From Pseudomonadota bacterium (GTDB taxonomy: Archaea > Thermoplasmatota > SW-10-69-26 > JACQPN01 > JAJPHT01): a stretch of 64,000 nucleotides of DNA. Below the pieces are notes generated by a model. The model was not told where the DNA came from, searched no databases, and saw nothing but the letters and a program-made list of their open reading frames with translations. The DNA is taken from assembly GCA_021325135.1 (NCBI GenBank), contig JAJPHT010000045.1:1-64000 (forward strand), read 5' to 3'. A program made the translations under genes and the position numbers. Of this stretch, positions 34,065 to 42,592 are shown piece after piece (the first letter of the stretch is position 1; each line of letters starts with the position of its first letter).

Positions 34065-36704
34065 ATGGCTCTGGACGTCGATCGCGCGCTGGGCAAGGCC
34101 GTCTCCCGCGTCTTCACGTGGAGCGTGCGCCACGCGGCCGTCGTGGTGGCGGTCTACGTCGCCATCACGCTGGCCTTCGCCTACGGCCTCACCGAGATCC
34201 AGGTCCGCTCCACGGACTACGACCTCATGCCGGACAGCCACCCCTCGGCGCAGGCGAACTACGCCGCGCTGGACAAGATCCCCGGCTTCCGCAACGCGGA
34301 CACGCTCTGGATCGAGGTCTCCAACGCCACCGTGTGCGACAACGGACCCCAGGGGCAGAACTGCCATCGCGACAACATCACGTCGCCCAACAGCGTGCGC
34401 GCCGCCGAGGAGGCTGCGCAATACATCCAGGCCCGCGTGCCGGAGATGAAGTACGTCATCGACCTGCCCTACCTGGCCAAGCTCATCAACTACACCCTCT
34501 CGGGGCAGCCCGACCCCGCCAACGCGGTGGTCTGCAGCGCGCCGGGCGCCTCGCCCGTCCCCGTCCCCGTGCTCCCCGGAGGGCCCGCGGCGTGCGATCC
34601 CAACAAGCCGCCCCTGAACCCGCCCAACGAGTCGGCCTTCGCGCTCCCCGGCGACGACCTCACCCTTACCCGCGACCTGGACGTGCTGGAGCAGGCCGCG
34701 CCCGACGTCATCGCCGCGCAGACCAACGAGAAGTACACCGGCGCCATCATCGTCTTCATCTACGACGTGAACGTCACCAAGGAGGGCCCCGAGAAGGTCG
34801 TCCCCGTCGCGACGCGCTTCGTGCACGCCGCCATGGAGTGGCGCGAGCAGGGCTGCCCCAACATGGCGCAGAAGAACCTGCTCAACAACGGGCCCGCGTT
34901 CGACTGCTCCAAGACCTACATCCTGGGCCAGTCCATCAACGGCCACTTGACCGAGCTGGCGCAGAGCGACTTCCAGACCTTCGCGCCCATCGTGTTCATC
35001 GCGACGTTCTTCGTGCTCGTCGTCGCGTTCACCGACGTCACGTCCATGCTCATCGCCATGGTCTCGTTCTGCATGGGCCTCGTGTGGACGTACGGCCTCA
35101 TGGGCTACCTCCACATCCCGCTGACGTTCTTCGGCCTCCTCATCGTGCCCATCACCATGGGCGTCGGCAAGGAGTACGCCATCTACGTCACGAACCAGTA
35201 CATGGAGTACGTCGCGAGCGGGCGGAGCAAGGACGAGGTGTGGCGCATGGTGGGCCGCCGCGCGGGCGCCGCCCTGGCCATCGCGACCGTGACCAGCATC
35301 TCGGGCCTCGTCGCGATGTACTTCGCCGGCTTCCACATCATGCGGGACCTGGCGTTCCTGTGCATCTTCGCCTTCGCGTCGCTCTTCTTCCTCTCGGTCA
35401 TGTTCATCCCCGCCGCGCAGGCGTTGAGGCGCCGGCAGGCGAAGCCCAAGCCGTTCAAGCCCAGCCTCCTCATGGGCGCCGTCGCGCGCGGCATCAGCAG
35501 GAACCGCACCGCGGTCGTCGTCGTCACGGTGATCCTCACCGGCGCCCTCTACTACGAGAGCACGAAGCTGGAGGAGTACTTCGGCATCTCCGGCGGCTTC
35601 CGCCAGGGCGACTACCTGGAGGAGAGCTACAAGTTCTACAACACCGCGCTGGGCGGCTCCGGCACCGAGCTGGTGGTCATCAAGGGGGACATCGCCGACT
35701 GGAAGACGCTCCAGTACCTCACGAGCCTCGACGCGAGCCTCGTCGCCGACAAGGAGCACGTCCCCAAGTCCAGCAACGTCGCCTCGCTCATGCTGGGCCT
35801 GCGCACCTACTACGACCTGCGCAACGGCCTCACGAACCCGGCCATCCTCACCGAGAAGGCCAAGAGCGACCCCAACTTCAACGTCCCCCACGACGCCGCG
35901 GCCATCCGCCACGATATCAAATTGATGTACAACTCCACCGTGTGGGCGCCCCTGGTCGCCATCTTCGTCTCGCCCGACGCGGATTACGCCGTCACGCACA
36001 CGTTCTACCACATCGCCAAGGAGGACTTCGCCGGCCTCCAGGGCGACTGGGACGCGCTCAACTGCGACGTGGGCAACCCCGAGCAGTCCAGCTCGCCCTG
36101 CGCCACGCAGGGCCCCCAGAAGCCCGACACCGTGAAGTCGGTCAACCTCGTGGGCACGCAGGACACGTTCTACCTCTTCGTCAAGTACGGCCTCCCGTGG
36201 CTCGACTACGTGAGCTACATCGCGGCGGGCCTCACGTTCGTCATCGCCTTCGCGGTGCTGCGCAAGCCGCGCGACGTGCTCGCCGTCATGGTGCCCATGG
36301 TCGTCGCCGGCGTCTGGTGGCTGGGCCTGCTGCCCCTCTTCGGCATCGAGAAGTCCATGACGCTCATGCTGCCCACCGTGCTGCTCATCAGCGTGGGCTC
36401 CGACTACGCCATCCAGTACGTCTGGAACTACCGCGAGGTGGGCGACATGGAGGAGGTCTACCGCACGACGGGCAAGGCCAACCTCTACGTCGTCATCGCC
36501 ACCATCATCGCGTTCCTCCTCTTCGTGCCCATGAAGCTCGTGCTGTCCAGCCAGGGCGCCCTCGCCGCCGCGCTGGCCATCGGGTGCATCTTCCTGAGCA
36601 CGACGCTCCTCGTGCCTCTCTTCTACCCCGGCGCCGGCCGCGGCGAGCGCGTCACCGTGCGCGAGGTCGAGGAGGACGCCGTGACGCTGCCGGTGACGCG
36701 GTAG
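34065..36704 (+). CDS. MMPL/RND-superfamily transporter
   Basis: Duplicated 1+5 TM architecture with large loops; TM4/TM10 motifs GVGKEYAIY and SVGSDYAIQ. Confidence 0.9.
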   Translation: MALDVDRALGKAVSRVFTWSVRHAAVVVAVYVAITLAFAYGLTEIQVRSTDYDLMPDSHPSAQANYAALDKIPGFRNADTLWIEVSNATVCDNGPQGQNCHRDNITSPNSVRAAEEAAQYIQARVPEMKYVIDLPYLAKLINYTLSGQPDPANAVVCSAPGASPVPVPVLPGGPAACDPNKPPLNPPNESAFALPGDDLTLTRDLDVLEQAAPDVIAAQTNEKYTGAIIVFIYDVNVTKEGPEKVVPVATRFVHAAMEWREQGCPNMAQKNLLNNGPAFDCSKTYILGQSINGHLTELAQSDFQTFAPIVFIATFFVLVVAFTDVTSMLIAMVSFCMGLVWTYGLMGYLHIPLTFFGLLIVPITMGVGKEYAIYVTNQYMEYVASGRSKDEVWRMVGRRAGAALAIATVTSISGLVAMYFAGFHIMRDLAFLCIFAFASLFFLSVMFIPAAQALRRRQAKPKPFKPSLLMGAVARGISRNRTAVVVVTVILTGALYYESTKLEEYFGISGGFRQGDYLEESYKFYNTALGGSGTELVVIKGDIADWKTLQYLTSLDASLVADKEHVPKSSNVASLMLGLRTYYDLRNGLTNPAILTEKAKSDPNFNVPHDAAAIRHDIKLMYNSTVWAPLVAIFVSPDADYAVTHTFYHIAKEDFAGLQGDWDALNCDVGNPEQSSSPCATQGPQKPDTVKSVNLVGTQDTFYLFVKYGLPWLDYVSYIAAGLTFVIAFAVLRKPRDVLAVMVPMVVAGVWWLGLLPLFGIEKSMTLMLPTVLLISVGSDYAIQYVWNYREVGDMEEVYRTTGKANLYVVIATIIAFLLFVPMKLVLSSQGALAAALAIGCIFLSTTLLVPLFYPGAGRGERVTVREVEEDAVTLPVTR

Positions 36705-36853
36705 CCCCCTCCGCCTGACGAAAGGCCCGAATGCTCAAATAGGGGCTCCGAAATGGAGGGACGCCCTGGGGCGCGATCCCAAGGGATGGCGGCTCCGGTC
36801 TGCTGCCTGCGCTCCTTCGCTGGACGCGGGCGGATCGCACGCATGGACCAACT

Positions 36854-36926
36854 GGGGTGGTAGATCAGTTGGGAGATCGTCTGACTGAAGATCAGAAGGT
36901 CGCCGGTTCAAGTCCGGCTCACCCCA
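36854..36926 (+). tRNA. tRNA-Phe(GAA)
   Basis: GGGGTGG..GATC..GATC-G-TCTGA-CT-GAA-GA-TCAGA..GCCGG-TTCAAGT-CCGGC-TCACCCC-A; followed by T-runs. Confidence 0.96.
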
Positions 36927-37025
36927 CTAGCTTTTCTCCGTTTTCTCGCTCCGCCTGATCGATCAACCCACCCCGGGCGCCCACAGGCGAAAATAACAAG
37001 CTCGCCGCGCGTGTCCCGTGGGGCG

Positions 37026-37508
37026 ATGATCACCCCCACTCCTTGGGAGGCCCTGGGGATCGCTGCTTCCCTCGCGACCCTCGCGGCATTCCCGTCTGTC
37101 CTCCTCGCCGCCAAGGGTTGGGCAGAGGTGCGGCTGACGGTGGGGCTTCTCATGGTCGCGGCTGCGGTTCTGCCCCTGCTCCTGGCGTGCGTGCTGCTCC
37201 TCTTCGGAAGCGGCCCGGTCTGGGCCCCTCGGGGCGGCGTCCTCCTGGCCGACGCGTGCATCGTGGCGCTTGCGTCGTTCATCTACGTGGCGGTGGACGA
37301 CGGGAACTGGGCGCAGCACGAGGCGCAGATCATCGTCTACTTCCGTCTTCAGGCGGCGACCACGGTCCTGGGCACGACGTTCGCCTTCGCGACGCCCTCC
37401 GGCGCATGGCCCGCGCTGGTGGCCATGGTCGTCGTCCAGGTGCTGGGCCTCTTCATGGAGACGTTCGCCGTCGCGCACCCTCCGCGGCGGGGGCGGCTCG
37501 TTCTCTGA
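37026..37508 (+). CDS. Hypothetical multi-TM membrane protein
   Basis: About five hydrophobic segments; directly downstream of tRNA-Phe. Confidence 0.65.
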   Translation: MITPTPWEALGIAASLATLAAFPSVLLAAKGWAEVRLTVGLLMVAAAVLPLLLACVLLLFGSGPVWAPRGGVLLADACIVALASFIYVAVDDGNWAQHEAQIIVYFRLQAATTVLGTTFAFATPSGAWPALVAMVVVQVLGLFMETFAVAHPPRRGRLVL

Positions 37509-37518
37509 TCGCCGGGCG

Positions 37519-37986
37519 TCACGGCCCGGGGGCGCTGCCCGTCGCGGCGTGCCCCTTGGCCAGCTCCCGCAGGAACGCCCCGTACTGCTCGCGCTTCTCG
37601 AACGACAGCGGCAGCCCCTGGTAGCCGCAGCGGGGGCACACCTGCTGGGAGAGGAGCGTGCCGCCCCCGGCGAAGGCGCCGTCGCGCACGGTGGCGGGGC
37701 GGATGCCCAGGTAGCCGCAGTCGGGGCACGCGGTGAGGGGCTGCGGGAGGTCGGCAAGGGTCGCGTCGTCGACGGGCGGGACGGGGGTCTTGGCGAGGCT
37801 GCGGGCCACCTGCTCAGGCTCGGGCCGGGGGGAGGTGGGGCCGGCGGCGAGCCCTCGGGCGCCCACGGCGGCGAGCCCCAGCGCGAGGGCACCGAACCAG
37901 AGCCCCGTGGCGACGCTCCGTCCCAGGAAGGCGAAGAAGGCCGTGAAGGCGAAGAGGCCGGCCAGGACGAGGAGGACCGAGGCCAT
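37519..37986 (-). CDS. Membrane protein with a C-terminal Zn ribbon
   Basis: Two TM helices, then CPDCG...CPRCGYQG. Confidence 0.75.
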   Translation of the reverse strand: MASVLLVLAGLFAFTAFFAFLGRSVATGLWFGALALGLAAVGARGLAAGPTSPRPEPEQVARSLAKTPVPPVDDATLADLPQPLTACPDCGYLGIRPATVRDGAFAGGGTLLSQQVCPRCGYQGLPLSFEKREQYGAFLRELAKGHAATGSAPGP

Positions 37987-38150
37987 GGTGCGGTTCAAGC
38001 GAAGCTCTCCCTGCGTCGCGAAGAGGCGCGGGCCGCCTTGGCGCCGCCGTACATACTGTAGGCACCCGGGCGGTCCTCCGACGCGCATAGGGTGAAAGGA
38101 CAACCCTGAGAACCCCTCGCACGCCTGCGCGGCGTGGGAGGCCACCCGCC

Positions 38151-40076
38151 ATGCGCCGCGCGCTGCTCACGCTCTCCATCTCCCTTCTGCTCCTCGCGCC
38201 CCTCGCCGCGTCGCTGCCCACGCTCGCGCCCGTCGCGCCCCGCGCGGCCCCGGCCCCCGCCGACGCGCCCTTCCTGGTGGGCGCCGCAGCGCGTGATATC
38301 ACCCCGGCGACGCCGCAGTACCTGGGCGGCTACGGCACGGACCGCGTGAGCACGGGCACGGACCCGAACACGCCGCTCCAGGTGCGCGCGTTCTCCGTGA
38401 GCAACGCCACGGGCGCCACCGTGATGTGGGCCGAGGTCGACACGCAGGGCTACTTCTCGGGCTATCAGGAGGGAGCCTACGGCACGCTGGACGTGCGCCA
38501 GAGCGTCGAGCGCGACCTGGGCGTCCCGCAGGGGCACGTCGTGGTGGCGTCCTCGCACAGCCACGCCGCGCCGACGCTCATGGGCATCTGGGGCCCCACG
38601 GACCCGGCCTACCTCAAGCTCGTGCACGACCAGACGATCGGCGCGCTGGAGGACGCGTACCGCGCCCGTGAGCCCGCCTCGCTCACCGTCGCCGTGGCCC
38701 ACCACGCCGACATGATCGGCACCAACCTCTCCTACGGAGACATGATGGTGGGCTGGCCGGTGGACGACACGCTCTCGGTGCTGCGCGCGCAGGCGCCCGA
38801 CGGCCGCGACGTGGCGACGTTCGTCAACTTCGGCGTGCACGCGGACATCGTCGCCAAGAGCCTCATGTCCTCCGACTGGCTGGGGCCCGCCCGCGACTAT
38901 CTCCAGGCGCGCCTGGGCGGCACCGTCGTCGTGGCCGAGGGCACGCTGGGCCACCAGGAGGCGCCCATCGAGGACAACCGCGGCGGCGACCCGTACCAGC
39001 AGATCGTCCGCTTCGGCGACCTCCTGGGCGAGCGCGCGCTGGACGCGCTGGCCACCGGCGGCCGCCCCGTGGCGGGCGACGCGGTGGACGGCGACATGGA
39101 ATATTTCGCCATCCCCATCACGAACCCCGCGCTCCTGGCCCTCGTGCTGGGCGCGAACCCGCACGACACGCCCGGCATCCAGCAGGCGGTGGACAACTAC
39201 CCCATCGACCGCGCGATCCTGCCCCCCTTCGCGCTTCCGCCCCTGGGAGCGACGTGGGCGGGCGCCGTGCGCTTCGGCGACGAGATGCTCTTCACGCTGC
39301 CCGGCGAGGCGTTCGCGGACGTGCCCTTCGCGGTGCGCGACGCCACCACGGGCTGCCGCGCGGACTTCAAGCTGGGCCTCGCGCAGGAGCAGTTCGGCTA
39401 CCACTGGATGTCGTGGGAGACGGCCAACGCCGCGCCCGTGGGCGACTTCCTCATCTACAACGTGAACCCCGCGCTGGGCGACGTCGTCGCCAACGTGGAC
39501 GTCGTGGCCGCCAACAAGATCGGCTGCGCCGCGGGGCCCGCCGTCTCCAAGCCGGAGTACCGCGGCACCAGCAGCATCACGGGCAGCGACCCCTTCGGCA
39601 CGCAGGCCCTCGCGTTCCCCGACCAGACCGACGCGGGGAGCCCCATCACCTTCGAGGCGTTCGCGTTCGCAGGCGGCGACGCCCTGGCGTGGGACTTCGG
39701 CGACGGGACCACCGCCGCGGGCGAGCGCATCGTGCACGCCTTCGCGGACCCGGGCGACCATCGCGTCACGATGACCGAGACCTCGTCGAGCGGACAGGCC
39801 GCCCGGGTCGACATGGACGTGCGCGTGTGGCCCGCCGCGGGCGCCGCCCTCTCGTCGCGCGACCTGGGCGGCCACGTCGCGGAGCTGGGCGCCGCCCTCA
39901 CGGGCGCCTCGGGCCGCCCCATGCAGGCGCAGTGGGACTTCGGCGCGGGCGACGGGGCGTGGGGCCTCGCGGTGGAGCACGCGTTCCCCGCCGCGGGGAC
40001 CTACCCTGTGGGCGTCCGCGTGGCGGACGCGTCGGGCCTCGTGGGCGAAGGCCACGCCCTGGTCACGGTGTCGTGA
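38151..40076 (+). CDS. Secreted neutral-ceramidase-like amidohydrolase with two PKD domains
   Basis: VGAAARDITP..YLGGYG, SSHSHAAP, NFGVHAD, PGEAF; two WDFG..G...H.F..PG/AG.Y/H repeats. Confidence 0.8.
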   Translation: MRRALLTLSISLLLLAPLAASLPTLAPVAPRAAPAPADAPFLVGAAARDITPATPQYLGGYGTDRVSTGTDPNTPLQVRAFSVSNATGATVMWAEVDTQGYFSGYQEGAYGTLDVRQSVERDLGVPQGHVVVASSHSHAAPTLMGIWGPTDPAYLKLVHDQTIGALEDAYRAREPASLTVAVAHHADMIGTNLSYGDMMVGWPVDDTLSVLRAQAPDGRDVATFVNFGVHADIVAKSLMSSDWLGPARDYLQARLGGTVVVAEGTLGHQEAPIEDNRGGDPYQQIVRFGDLLGERALDALATGGRPVAGDAVDGDMEYFAIPITNPALLALVLGANPHDTPGIQQAVDNYPIDRAILPPFALPPLGATWAGAVRFGDEMLFTLPGEAFADVPFAVRDATTGCRADFKLGLAQEQFGYHWMSWETANAAPVGDFLIYNVNPALGDVVANVDVVAANKIGCAAGPAVSKPEYRGTSSITGSDPFGTQALAFPDQTDAGSPITFEAFAFAGGDALAWDFGDGTTAAGERIVHAFADPGDHRVTMTETSSSGQAARVDMDVRVWPAAGAALSSRDLGGHVAELGAALTGASGRPMQAQWDFGAGDGAWGLAVEHAFPAAGTYPVGVRVADASGLVGEGHALVTVS

Positions 40077-40117
40077 GGAGCCGCAAGGCGCAAGAGGGGC
40101 CGCGGCCTAGCCGCCGC

Positions 40118-40516
40118 GTGCGCTGGCCGCCGCTCCTGGTGGTGCCCGTCCTCGTGCTCGCCAGCGGATGCTTCCTCCCGCCGCAGCCCCCAGCCCCCAC
40201 CGCGGGCGAGTTCCACGTGGAGCTGCTTGGCGCGTCGCCCACGACCCAGGCCATGCGCTGGAACGTCGCGCTCTCCAACGGCAACGCGGCCGCGATGCAC
40301 GGCATCAAGGTCCAGATCACGGTGAAGTATTACCGCACCCGCGACGCGGGGCACGACGAGAAGACCCTGGACATCGATGCCAACAACACCACCGTCGTGC
40401 TGCTGAGCACGGCGTTCATGGGGTTCGGCGACTACGACTACGTCCTCCAGGCCGTGGGAAGCGACGGCACGATCCTGGACACGGAGCAGGACCTCTTCGA
40501 ACTGTGCGCGTGCTGA
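40118..40516 (+). CDS. Small lipoprotein
   Basis: GTG start; VLVLASG|C lipobox; beta-sandwich-like body ending LCAC. Confidence 0.7.
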   Translation: MRWPPLLVVPVLVLASGCFLPPQPPAPTAGEFHVELLGASPTTQAMRWNVALSNGNAAAMHGIKVQITVKYYRTRDAGHDEKTLDIDANNTTVVLLSTAFMGFGDYDYVLQAVGSDGTILDTEQDLFELCAC

Positions 40517-40555
40517 GGGGCGAAGCTTCATCCCGAGCGGCACGGGTCCAGCCGC

Positions 40556-41617
40556 GTGCGCGCCGAGGCCCTGCTGCCCGACCTCATCCGCCGCGCCGGG
40601 CGCTCGCCCCACGACGTGCTCGCCGGCGTCGAGCCCGCGCTGCGCGCGCTGGGCTTCGCGCCGCGGCGCACGCGCGAGGGCCCCGAGGCGGTGCTGTGGA
40701 CGCGCGGCTCGCCCAGGCTCGCCCTCTCGGGGCACGTGGACGTCGTCCCGGTGGGCGAAGGGTGGAAGCAGGACCCCCACGGCGGCGCGCTGGCGGAGGG
40801 CCGCGTCTGGGGCCGCGGAGCGTGCGACATGCTGGGCGCCGTCGCGGCCTTCGCGGGCGCGGCCGAGCTTGCGCCCGACGCGCCCTGCGCCATCCTCCTC
40901 ACCACCGACGAGGAGACGCGCATGGGCGCCGCCGAGGGCGCGCTGCGCGACGGATTGCTATCGGGCCTGGAGGCCGTGGTCGTGGGCGAGCCCACGGGGC
41001 TCGCCGTGGGCACAGCCGAGAAGGGCGTCCTCTGGATGCGCGCGCGGACGGCGGGCCGCAACGCGCACGGCTCCATGCCCGAGCTTGGCGACAACGCCGC
41101 GGACCGCCTCGTGCGCGCGCTCCACGCCCTGCAGGCCGCGCCGCTCCCGGGCCACCACGCGCTCCTGGGCCGCCCCACGCTCAACGTGGGCCGCCTCGCG
41201 GCGGGCGAGGCCGTGAACCAGGTCCCCGCCAGCGCCAGCGCCGAGCTTGATATCAGATATCTTCCTGGCATGGACGCGGCGGGCGTCGAGCGCCACCTCA
41301 TGCAGGCCTTCGGCCGCGCGGGCGAGGCCCCGGGCCTGGAGACCATCGGCCACCACCCGCCCTTCGAGACCTCCGCCGACGCGCGCCTCGTCAAGGCCGC
41401 CGCGGGCGCGGTCGCCTCGGTGCGCGGCCAGCCCCCCGAGGTCGTGGGCTTCCCCTACGGCACCGAGGCGTCGCGCTACGCGCCCGCGGGCCTCGACTGC
41501 GTCATCCTCGGCCCCGGCGAGCCCGCCCTGGCGCACACCAACCGCGAGAGCGTGCGCGTCGACGCGCTGCGCGAGGCCGAGGAGATCTATGCGGCGCTCT
41601 TGAGAGAGTACGCATGA
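40556..41617 (+). CDS. M20 family metallopeptidase/deacylase (ArgE/DapE-like)
   Basis: SGHVDVVP, GRGACDM, DEE, VGEPT, G..AHGS.P, GPG....AH..NRE. Confidence 0.9.
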   Translation: MRAEALLPDLIRRAGRSPHDVLAGVEPALRALGFAPRRTREGPEAVLWTRGSPRLALSGHVDVVPVGEGWKQDPHGGALAEGRVWGRGACDMLGAVAAFAGAAELAPDAPCAILLTTDEETRMGAAEGALRDGLLSGLEAVVVGEPTGLAVGTAEKGVLWMRARTAGRNAHGSMPELGDNAADRLVRALHALQAAPLPGHHALLGRPTLNVGRLAAGEAVNQVPASASAELDIRYLPGMDAAGVERHLMQAFGRAGEAPGLETIGHHPPFETSADARLVKAAAGAVASVRGQPPEVVGFPYGTEASRYAPAGLDCVILGPGEPALAHTNRESVRVDALREAEEIYAALLREYA

Positions 41618-42552
41618 GGCCCCCTGGCTGGCTCGTCGCGGGGACGATCATGCTCTCCATCCTCGCCGTCTCCACCGCGGCTCCGGTCATCCGCCTCGCG
41701 GGGAGCGCGCCGCCCCTGGCGATCGCGTTCTGGCGCCTGCTCGACGCGACGGTCCTCCTGGTCCCCCTCGCGATCCTCTTCGCGCGCCGCGATCTTGCGC
41801 GCCTCTCGGGGCGCGACTGGGCGATGCTCCTGGGCGTGGGCGCGATCCTGGGCCTGCACTTCGCGACGTGGATCACCAGCGTCACGCTCACCAGCGTCGC
41901 GGCCAGCGTCGTCCTCGTCACGCTGCACCCGGTGTTCGTGGGCTTCGCCGCGCACCGTCTCTTCGGCGAGGGCCCGCGCCCCCTGGGGTGGGTCGGCATC
42001 GTCGTCGCGCTGGGCGGCGGCCTCCTCATCGCGGGCGGAGACGCCCGGGGCGGCGCCATGCCCCTTGTGGGCGACGCGCTGGCCTTCGCGGGCGCGCTCT
42101 GCGCCGCGCTCTACTTCCTCGCGGGCCGACGATATCGCCAGCGCCTCGGCCTGCTCGCCTACGTGACTCCCGTCTACGCGGGCGCCACCGTCACGCTGGC
42201 GATCCTCCTCGTCGCGCTGCCCGCGCCGTGGGGCGGCGGCTTCGCGACCTACGGCGCCGCCAACCAGGGGCTCTTCCTCGCCCTCGCGCTGGGCCCCATG
42301 ATCCTGGGCCACACGGGGCTCAACTGGGCGCTGAAGTACGTGCGCGCGCCGGTCATCGCCACCACCATCCTGGGCGAGCCCGTGGGCGCCTCCCTCCTCG
42401 CGCTCCTCCTCCCGCAGATCCACGAGGTGCCGCCCCCGACGACGCTCCTGGGCGGGGCGGTCGTCCTGGCGGGCATCCTCCTGGTGGGGCTGGACGAGGC
42501 GAGGCGGGACCGCCCCTCGGCCGCGCAGGAGGCCGCCGAGGTCGGCGGCTGA
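41614..42552 (+). CDS. DMT/EamA family transporter
   Basis: About 10 TM; IAFWRL, HFATWITS, GDALA, GHTGLNWAL, LGEPVGAS. Confidence 0.92.
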   Translation: MRPPGWLVAGTIMLSILAVSTAAPVIRLAGSAPPLAIAFWRLLDATVLLVPLAILFARRDLARLSGRDWAMLLGVGAILGLHFATWITSVTLTSVAASVVLVTLHPVFVGFAAHRLFGEGPRPLGWVGIVVALGGGLLIAGGDARGGAMPLVGDALAFAGALCAALYFLAGRRYRQRLGLLAYVTPVYAGATVTLAILLVALPAPWGGGFATYGAANQGLFLALALGPMILGHTGLNWALKYVRAPVIATTILGEPVGASLLALLLPQIHEVPPPTTLLGGAVVLAGILLVGLDEARRDRPSAAQEAAEVGG

Positions 42553-42592
42553 AGCATCAAGCTTCAAGCCCGGGGCGGGGCCTGGGTCGGCG

